Shown here piece by piece: positions 1 to 6,815 of a stretch of DNA of 25,432 nt. The notes under the pieces were generated by a model. It was given only the letters and a program-made list of their open reading frames with translations, did no database searches and was not told the DNA's origin. The position numbers were made by a program, and so were the translations under genes. Source of the DNA: Chlamydiales bacterium. GTDB taxonomy: Bacteria > Chlamydiota > Chlamydiia > Chlamydiales > JBDQID01. Location: NCBI GenBank assembly GCA_047611865.1, contig JBLFWS010000032.1, forward strand, positions 1 through 25,432, read 5' to 3'. The stretch's first letter is position 1. Each line of letters opens with the position of its first letter.

Positions 1-63
1 ACTAACTTTTCGAGCTTCTTCCAGGCTCCCACAAGACCATTGTATTTGTATAAATTCTGTCAT
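1..63 (-). CDS. cutA: Divalent-cation tolerance protein CutA, N-terminal 21 codons (runs off window start)
   Basis: Reverse complement of 63..1 reads MTEFIQIQWSCGSLEEARKVS, resembling the CutA N-terminus; purine-rich RBS (GGAGAG on minus strand) just upstream. Not in the ORF track because it is truncated. Confidence 0.7.
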   Translation of the reverse strand, partial: MTEFIQIQWSCGSLEEARKVS

Positions 64-275
64 AGCTTCTCTCCTATAGTAAATTCGATTAGCATTTCTA
101 ATTGGACATACCATCCAAAAGAGTAGCAAATTTTGCAACAGAAACGATTTCTAACTGCTTTATGTGGGCCTAATTTATTGGAAAGGGATTTTTTTTAGTA
201 TATGCATAAAAAAATACTTGATGTTTTTCCGTGAAAATTGAGAATCCAGTTAGATTCTCTATTCAGTGAGAGCTA

Positions 276-1025
276 ATGTCGATCAATAGATTCAAAGTTG
301 TTGTTCCTTCTTATAACAGTGTCGAATGGCTGGAAAAATGCCTGGATTCTTTGGAGAGCCAGGATTTTTCGGATTTTGATGCTTGCGTGGTTGATGACGC
401 TTCAACGGATTCAGGCCAAAAGGAAATAATACTCAAGTATTGCGAAAAGAATAGCTGGACCTATGTTTTTCACGAAAAAAACCTGGGAGTTTTACCTAGT
501 ATTATTGATGGCATAAAAAAGTTAGATCCGAAAGATGAGGATGTGATACTTCTCTTGGACGGTGACGACTGGTTGTATGATGAAGAAGTTCTCGAAAAGC
601 TCTATGAAATTTACTCTGATGAAGATAAAGATATTTACTTGACTTACGGAAGAGAAATTCATTTTCCTTCGGCCAAAATCTTGCCAAATAGAGAATTACC
701 TTCTTATGTTGTCGAAAATAATATGTTTAGGGAGTATCCATGGTGTATTTCAGCTCCTAGAACATTTAAGTACGTATTATGGAGGAATATCAAAGACGAA
801 GATCTACGTGATTCCAGTGGAGATTACTACAATATGTCAAATGATGTAGCCTTCATGTTGCCTATGCTAGAGATGGCAGGGGACCGTATTAAGATGATGG
901 AAGATATTTTGTATGTGTATAATTGGGAAAATCCTTTGAGCCACCATCATTTGGACCTTGAAGAGCAAAAGGCTGTTGAGGTATCCCTGAGGAAACAAAG
1001 AAAATATGGCAAGTTAGAATCGTGA
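276..1025 (+). CDS. Glycosyltransferase family 2 (GT-A fold)
   Basis: VVVPSYN start motif, VDDASTD, DxDD motif LLLDGDDWL; overlaps the next gene by GTGA. Confidence 0.9.
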   Translation: MSINRFKVVVPSYNSVEWLEKCLDSLESQDFSDFDACVVDDASTDSGQKEIILKYCEKNSWTYVFHEKNLGVLPSIIDGIKKLDPKDEDVILLLDGDDWLYDEEVLEKLYEIYSDEDKDIYLTYGREIHFPSAKILPNRELPSYVVENNMFREYPWCISAPRTFKYVLWRNIKDEDLRDSSGDYYNMSNDVAFMLPMLEMAGDRIKMMEDILYVYNWENPLSHHHLDLEEQKAVEVSLRKQRKYGKLES

Positions 1026-1894
1026 ACCAAAGTTCCAGTCCAAATCACAATTATTTTCCGCTTAGTAAGGCACTATTGGTGATATTTTTATCTACCCTAA
1101 TGGTATCCGGGTCGGCAACCGTGGGGTGGCTATACTATCTGCATTTTATTGGGTCTCGGTCTGAAGTCGAAGATTATAATATCCAAGCTATAATTCAAAC
1201 AGGGCCTGAAAGAGAATCTCTGAAATCTGTTTATCTTGCAGAATTGTTAGGCCTCTCGGTAGATCGCCCTGTGAACCTCTATCGCTTTGATACGAATTCC
1301 GCTGAGGAGAGTTTAGTCCGAAGTCCCGTGATCAAAACGGCAAAAGTGAGTGTACAACTTCCTGGTACCGTATACGTTGACTATACGGTAAGAACCCCTA
1401 TTGCCTATGTATATGACTACGAAAATGCAGCCATAGATAGTGAGGGTGTGGTTTTTCCTCTTTCCCCATTTTTTACCCCCAAAAAACTCACCAATATATA
1501 TTTGGGTACCCAAGAGGAAATTTCTTGGGGGGCAGAATTAAAAAATGAGGGAGTAGTGCTTTCCCTTTCTTTACTGAAGATCTTTTCTCAGGATAGGTAT
1601 AAAGAAGCCTTTGATGTAAAGCGTATCGATGTCTCTAATGCCTTTTCTGAAAGTTACGGACAAAGGCAAATCGTGCTTATCCTTGAGGATCGTCTTAGCG
1701 AAAGTCAGAATGGCAATAGTAGAATATTACGAATGAGCACCAGAAGCTATGAGAGAGAGTTAGACAATTATCTTGTCTTACAAGATTACCTCTTGGAAAA
1801 AGAGGAAGCTGATAAAGGCGAAGAAGAATTGGGACAAAGCCCTCCCATGATCGTAGATTTACGTATTCCTCGCTTGGCTTTTCTTAAGAAATAA
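1022..1894 (+). CDS. ftsQ: FtsQ/DivIB-like cell division protein (single TM + POTRA-like domain)
   Basis: N-terminal TM helix, POTRA-like segment LVRSPVIKTAKVSVQLPGTVYVDYTVRTPIAY, IDSEGVVF, and C-terminal IVDLR as in FtsQ. Confidence 0.75.
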   Translation: MNQSSSPNHNYFPLSKALLVIFLSTLMVSGSATVGWLYYLHFIGSRSEVEDYNIQAIIQTGPERESLKSVYLAELLGLSVDRPVNLYRFDTNSAEESLVRSPVIKTAKVSVQLPGTVYVDYTVRTPIAYVYDYENAAIDSEGVVFPLSPFFTPKKLTNIYLGTQEEISWGAELKNEGVVLSLSLLKIFSQDRYKEAFDVKRIDVSNAFSESYGQRQIVLILEDRLSESQNGNSRILRMSTRSYERELDNYLVLQDYLLEKEEADKGEEELGQSPPMIVDLRIPRLAFLKK

Positions 1895-1974
1895 TTTCCT
1901 TGGAATAAATCACACTTCTGATACTGTGGCCCTCAAAAAAAATGATTTGGAAATTTTTTTTTTAGGAGTTCGTT

Positions 1975-3174
1975 ATGTCTGTTCCAGTATCTTCAGAAGC
2001 CGGTAATTTCACAGTAAAATCTTTAGGTTGCGGAGTGGAAGTTCTCGTTGACAGAAGCAACGAGGCAAAAGTCGCCTATCTCAAACCTTGGGGACAACAG
2101 ACTGAGTGGTGGGGGCGCAAAATTTTAGCTCCCATGGTAGGTCTTGGAGCAATCCTTGCAGGAGCCTTAGGTTGGCTTCTTACCCGAGGAGACTCTATTA
2201 GAACTCGCGAATCCGGAAGTATAGGGTATCTCGCGGCAGTTACAGGGCTTGCTCTGACAGCTATGTATAAGCGCTACTATAATTCAGACGAAGTAGATTT
2301 CGTTGAAGGGATCAAAGAAAAGAGAGTGCAGCTCTTGCAAGGCAGAAGTGGTAATATAGATGGAAGCTTGTCGGATTTTTTGACCCCCTCAGAAAGAGCC
2401 AAAATGGTAGCCAGTGCAACAAAAGTCCGGGACTTGGTTGTCGGAATGGAATTAGACCTGGGAAAAGCCAAAGAGCTTGGAGTTATAAATGGCTCCCAAG
2501 TTGAGGCTTATCAGGCGATAGTGGAAAGCTACCAGAAATTAGATAAGGAACTTCAAACAGCGAAAAAACCTGTGTTGGAAGGATATGCAGGGCAAATTCA
2601 TCGTGCAAGTATGGAAAAAGAATTAACAGCTCGGAGAGCAAAAGAAGACTTTACTAATAGCCCATGTGTGAGGGCTCTGGAAGATCACAAAAAAGAGTAT
2701 AATAGGAGTGTTGGAGATATTCTTCGCCAGGAAATTAGAAAATTTAGAGATATCTCGGGTGTCTCAGCAGAGAGAGAGGAATCTCTTGAAGCATCAAGAA
2801 AACGGTTATCTGCTGAAGCAAAGGTTTTAAAGCAGGCAGCGAGTCTTAGCTATTACCAAAATATCATTGAGCTTGAACCACAGCGCATGGGGCTGGAAAA
2901 GGTTTTTGATGCTGCTAAAATGGAAGCTGAAGAGGTGTATCTGAGAAAAAGGCTGTCTGTTAAAGCGGAATTCGATGCAAAAATTCAAGAGATTGAATTA
3001 GATTATGCTCCCCGTGAAGAAGAACTTGATAAATTGCTTAAGGATGCTTCAGAAGCTCTTGATGACAGTGAGACAGATTTCCAACCCAAGAACTACACTC
3101 TGCATTCTTCTATCAAAAATGCAGATCTTCGTACATGGGTAGAAGAACAAATAGTTCAATTAGACAACAACTGA
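1975..3174 (+). CDS. Inc-like hypothetical membrane protein (bilobed hydrophobic domain + long coiled coil), paralog A
   Basis: RBS AGGAG; two adjacent hydrophobic helices (ILAPMVGLGAILAGALGWLL / IGYLAAVTGLALTAMY); E/K/A-rich helical remainder; clear homology to 3248..4570. Confidence 0.7.
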   Translation: MSVPVSSEAGNFTVKSLGCGVEVLVDRSNEAKVAYLKPWGQQTEWWGRKILAPMVGLGAILAGALGWLLTRGDSIRTRESGSIGYLAAVTGLALTAMYKRYYNSDEVDFVEGIKEKRVQLLQGRSGNIDGSLSDFLTPSERAKMVASATKVRDLVVGMELDLGKAKELGVINGSQVEAYQAIVESYQKLDKELQTAKKPVLEGYAGQIHRASMEKELTARRAKEDFTNSPCVRALEDHKKEYNRSVGDILRQEIRKFRDISGVSAEREESLEASRKRLSAEAKVLKQAASLSYYQNIIELEPQRMGLEKVFDAAKMEAEEVYLRKRLSVKAEFDAKIQEIELDYAPREEELDKLLKDASEALDDSETDFQPKNYTLHSSIKNADLRTWVEEQIVQLDNN

Positions 3175-3192
3175 TTCAGATCCTTTTGGGGG

Positions 3193-3226
3193 CTTCAACG
3201 TTTTGAAGGCACCCCCTAGGGGGTGC
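3193..3226. promoter_or_regulatory. Two adjacent intergenic hairpins between the paralogs, including a perfect 18-bp palindrome GCACCCCCTAGGGGGTGC (3209-3226)
   Basis: CTTCAA-cgtt-TTGAAG (3193-3208) followed by the perfect palindrome; no U-tract, so function is uncertain. Confidence 0.5.
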
Positions 3227-3247
3227 TCATAAAAAATGGAGTTAGCA

Positions 3248-4570
3248 ATGGTTTTACCAGTAAATACACATATCCAAAATTATGACCCAGAAAATTACCT
3301 TCAGAGAGATATCGGAAGAGGTGTTAAGGTACTGGTAGATCAAAATACCAATGCGCAAATAGCCTATTCTGAAGTGAGACCGTGGAATAAGAGGTCCTGC
3401 AGGCTTTACATCCTCGCCCCTGTAGCTGGTCTTGGAGCACTAGTACTGGGTATATTCGCAGGCAGATCCTTAAGTGCAGGGTCTGGTTCAAAATCCGGAG
3501 GGGCTTGTCTCGTTGGAGCTACGGGTCTACTTGTAAGCTCTGTCTATTTGTCAAACCGTAAATACCCTATAGATCAAGCTGCAAGAATTATGACTAAACG
3601 TGTAAAAGTGTTAGGTCAAGAGCGTTCAGAAAAAGCAGAGGTTGCTATACATGGAAAGCAAAAAATATCTAGTTTCTTTACTCCCAAAGAACGATTTAAT
3701 TGGATTGCAAAGATCAAAAAGGTTGAAGATTTTGGAACGGATGCCTTCTCTGACTTAGCAGGAGCTGTCAAAGATGCTGCTATTAGTGACGGCGAGTATG
3801 AAAGGTTAAATTCCCTATATGAGTCCTATAGAGGACTGTTGGCAAAGGAGACCATCGAAAGTACAGAATTTGGGAAGTTGCGGGTAGCTCTGGAAGAATT
3901 TAAAAATGAATGTGGCATTCAAGTTGCAATGGCTGAAAAAGAATATAATGAAAGTTCTCTTGTCCATGAGGCAAACCAGATCTTAGAAGACAAGCAAGCT
4001 GAAGTTCTTAAGATGGTCAACGCGATTAAAGAAGAGGCGGTGGCAAAACAGGCTTCAATTGAATCCGAGTCAAAGCAATCTCTTGAGAAGCTAAGAACAA
4101 GTAGTAGGGGAGACCTCCTGGAAGTCATGAGCCTGGAGGCATACTATGATTGTAAGGACGAAAGCTGTCGTATGATTGAAGAAGTTCTTACTGAGATGGA
4201 TGCAAGAACAAAAGCTATTATTAACGAATATAACGAGAGTGTTCAGCCTTTAGTCCAAAAAGTTAAGGCTCTAGAGGAAAAGCACGATAGTATTGTCGTT
4301 GAAGTTCAAAGAGAGTGGTCTCTTCGCTTAGAAGCCTTTAATGAGAGATCTGTCCTAAGAGAGCAAAAAATGCTAACGCAGAAAGCCCAAGTTGAAGAAC
4401 TCAACCAAAGCTTGACCGCAGAGCTTCCAGTAAGTGATTCGGTGGTAAAGCCCTTTGTACCACAAAACTTCACTCTACATTCTTCCATCACTCACCCAGA
4501 ATTGAGAGATTGGGCCACGAGTGAAATGATAAGGTATGCGAACGAAGAGGTGATTGAAGAGGTTGACTAA
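3248..4570 (+). CDS. Inc-like hypothetical membrane protein, paralog B (ORF track start 3236; ATG 3248 preferred)
   Basis: GGAG at 3238-3241 precedes ATG 3248, and MVLPV matches MSVPV of paralog A. Shares GVxVLVD, AY..PW, ILAPxxGLGA, TPxER and C-terminal FxPxNxTLHSSI...LRxW with paralog A. Confidence 0.7.
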   Translation: MVLPVNTHIQNYDPENYLQRDIGRGVKVLVDQNTNAQIAYSEVRPWNKRSCRLYILAPVAGLGALVLGIFAGRSLSAGSGSKSGGACLVGATGLLVSSVYLSNRKYPIDQAARIMTKRVKVLGQERSEKAEVAIHGKQKISSFFTPKERFNWIAKIKKVEDFGTDAFSDLAGAVKDAAISDGEYERLNSLYESYRGLLAKETIESTEFGKLRVALEEFKNECGIQVAMAEKEYNESSLVHEANQILEDKQAEVLKMVNAIKEEAVAKQASIESESKQSLEKLRTSSRGDLLEVMSLEAYYDCKDESCRMIEEVLTEMDARTKAIINEYNESVQPLVQKVKALEEKHDSIVVEVQREWSLRLEAFNERSVLREQKMLTQKAQVEELNQSLTAELPVSDSVVKPFVPQNFTLHSSITHPELRDWATSEMIRYANEEVIEEVD

Positions 4571-4700
4571 GACTATTTAGGGGTTTTGTCATAGACACTA
4601 CCAAGGGACCGTTTAATATAATGACTCACATGGAAATATATTATGGCATTTTTTATTGTTCATGTTTACCAAAAGTGTAAACCATGTTGGTGAACTGGGC

Positions 4701-4858
4701 CCACCGAGATCACAGAGGGCACAGAGAAAATAAAAAATCACAGATCAGTTGATAGCATATTCTGAGAGACTTTATGCATTTTTCTATCTCTCTGTGTTCT
4801 CGGTGCTCTCGGTGGTTAAATAAATGATTGTAAACGTATTGAATTATGCAACAACGCC
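4701..4858. mobile_element. Left-truncated copy of the 210-bp MITE at 15209-15418
   Basis: Ungapped match to 15261-15418 with 10 mismatches in 158 bp by manual count; retains right TIR TTATGCAACAACGCC; no left TIR or TSD found. Confidence 0.85.
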
Positions 4859-4981
4859 TTTTTGGAATAATTTTTTTTATGGCTGATAGATGTATTTATA
4901 TAAAATAATTCAGGATGATCGTATAATATTCTGTCGGTAAAAATTAATTTATATTATTATATAATAATCAGGAAATAGACA

Positions 4982-6076
4982 ATGACAACTATAAGCGATG
5001 CTTACTTATCAACTACTCCGAATGTAGTGGGTATATTGCCCGAAAATCCAGAAGAAAAATGCGAGGCAGAGTCTGCTTTAAGGACACCAAGAAAACTTGC
5101 AAAAGATATTCTGTTAGAGAATTTAGCCCATCTTCATATTACACCAGAAACACTCAAGGGTTGTGCCCAATCAATCGTCCACCTTTCAGAAGACAAGGAG
5201 CCGTCTTTGACCTCATCTGAATTCACAACTCTGGTGAAGTACCATAATAAACATTATGATTATAAACTAAATCCTACGATTTGTGATGACCTTTTGGACT
5301 GTAAGGCAGAAGTCAGAGATTTCCTTAATTCTTCAGGAGAAAAAAATGAAGGGGAAAGACACTCTTGGATTTTTAAATTTGATGGGGAACATCACCATAC
5401 AATGGTGCATGGAGAAATTCTTGATGGGAAGCATTATTTTTTCGTATTAGATAGTATTGGAGAGCCTGGAAAGTACATTGGGGAGATTGTTCAGCAATTA
5501 AATACCATTCGTGAAATGAAATCAAAAGGACAAATTCTTGTTATAGGACCACAACGTCAGCAGGATGACTATAGCTGTGGGTTATTTGCCCTAAATGACT
5601 TGAGATTTATGTCAAAAAATACTGACGGCTTAAGAGATATCTTGCATTTCGGAGGTATTACTCGATCAGATCGTCTACCCAATTGTGGTGTCGTTACTTT
5701 GCCACCTATTGGGCTTTTAACAGGCCTACAATCGATGCAGTCTCTAGAGAAATTAAAAAAGCTTCTCAATAGCACTGAAGCCAATGAAAGACAGCGTGAA
5801 GAAATTACTCAATTGGAAGACATCATCGACCAATATTCAAGAAATATCAGTTATCTGAGTAAAGAAAGTTCAGATTATATTTTTAAAAAAAGAAACTTCT
5901 TCATTAATGAAGAATGGAAATGTGTGCGTAAGATCCTTGGTCAAGAGTCGGAGCTGGCTCGTATAGATCGGGCTAGTCGTCAGTTATTCTTGGAGACAGA
6001 AGAACTTGAAGACAAGCCAAAGTATCTTCCTCTCACCCCTCATAATTTTGATGTTTTCAATTTTTTGGAGAATTAA
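4982..6076 (+). CDS. CE-clan (Ulp1/YopJ-like) cysteine protease or acetyltransferase-like protein, putative effector
   Basis: Ordered catalytic motifs HHH137-139, FFVLD157S, Q193 and C199 in QRQQDDYSCGLFAL; S/T-rich N-terminus (MTTISDAYLSTTP). Confidence 0.75.
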   Translation: MTTISDAYLSTTPNVVGILPENPEEKCEAESALRTPRKLAKDILLENLAHLHITPETLKGCAQSIVHLSEDKEPSLTSSEFTTLVKYHNKHYDYKLNPTICDDLLDCKAEVRDFLNSSGEKNEGERHSWIFKFDGEHHHTMVHGEILDGKHYFFVLDSIGEPGKYIGEIVQQLNTIREMKSKGQILVIGPQRQQDDYSCGLFALNDLRFMSKNTDGLRDILHFGGITRSDRLPNCGVVTLPPIGLLTGLQSMQSLEKLKKLLNSTEANERQREEITQLEDIIDQYSRNISYLSKESSDYIFKKRNFFINEEWKCVRKILGQESELARIDRASRQLFLETEELEDKPKYLPLTPHNFDVFNFLEN

Positions 6077-6195
6077 TTTGATAAGGGGCAAACTCTAAGA
6101 ATACAGGGTCAGGATTGAGTTTGTTCTAGCAGACTTGGTCCTGATCTTAGGATTACTTTTTACAAATGATAATATCATTTGTTCATTACCCTATT

Positions 6196-6275
6196 ACCCT
6201 GTCCACCCTGTCCACCCTGTCCATCCTGTCCACCCTGTCCACCCTGTCCATCCTGTCCACCCTGTCCATCCTGTC
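6196..6275 (+). repeat. Tandem array of 9-mer A(C/T)CCTGTCC, 8 full units + 8 bp, with one further unit at 6721-6729 beyond the MITE
   Basis: Read directly; second base of successive units is C,C,C,T,C,C,T,C,T. Confidence 0.95.
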
Positions 6276-6719
6276 GGGTGCAACTTTAAGTGGTGGTGAA
6301 TTATTTTTTGGGAAGTTCTAACTTCAGATCGTACTGCAATTTCAATTTGTAATAAGTGAAACGTAAAATTTTTCTGAAGCGGCAGAGGCGTGGCATTATG
6401 TAGGCCGGGTCGAATCCGAGCGGAGCGAGAGACAGGCCCGGTATTTCAGGTTTGTATAAATTATATTGAGCACCGGTCAGGTGCGACACTTACAGAAGTG
6501 CCGCACCTGACCGGTGCTCCAGTAGTATCGAGATCCATTTTACAGGGCCTGTCTCTCGCTCCGCTCGGATCCGACCCTACCTACATAATGCCACGCCTCT
6601 GGCGTTTATGAAGGTTTAACCTATTCCTCGTGAACGATTTCCTGGATTCCTTTGGGCAATAATCTCGCTATGCGTTTTTACTTTAAAAAAATAATTCACC
6701 ACCACTTAAAGTTGCACCC
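6276..6719. mobile_element. 444-bp non-autonomous MITE with perfect 34-bp TIRs and 9-bp flanking direct repeat CATCCTGTC
   Basis: GGGTGCAACTTTAAGTGGTGGTGAATTATTTTTT at 6276-6309 and its exact reverse complement at 6686-6719; CATCCTGTC at 6267-6275 and 6720-6728; no transposase inside. Confidence 0.92.
6383..6601. repeat. GC-rich REPIN-like nested palindrome inside the MITE
   Basis: 57-bp inverted arms 6383-6439 and 6545-6601 (3 mismatches), each containing GTAG followed by a self-hairpin with GAGCGGAGCGA; central hairpin 6468-6519 (18-bp perfect stem, 1 mismatch, 5-bp stem, 4-nt loop). Confidence 0.88.
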
Positions 6720-6815
6720 CATCCTGTCCAGAAAATGTCCAAAAGATGTGTCAAAAAATTATAGATGCCTTAAGGTGTATGTCCCCATGGGAATTTTATA
6801 AAAGAGGGTGGCGGA

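Noticed and set aside
6196..6275. Possible CRISPR array
   Set aside because: Head-to-tail 9-mers with no spacers and no cas genes.
6301..6611. ORFs 6301..6489(-) and 6390..6611(+) sharing GLSLAPLGxDPxYIMPRL
   Set aside because: The shared peptide is a by-product of the 57-bp inverted repeat read on opposite strands; both lie within a MITE.
4701..6719. Composite transposon carrying the protease-like gene
   Set aside because: The flanking MITEs belong to different families with unrelated TIRs, and no shared outer TSD is present.
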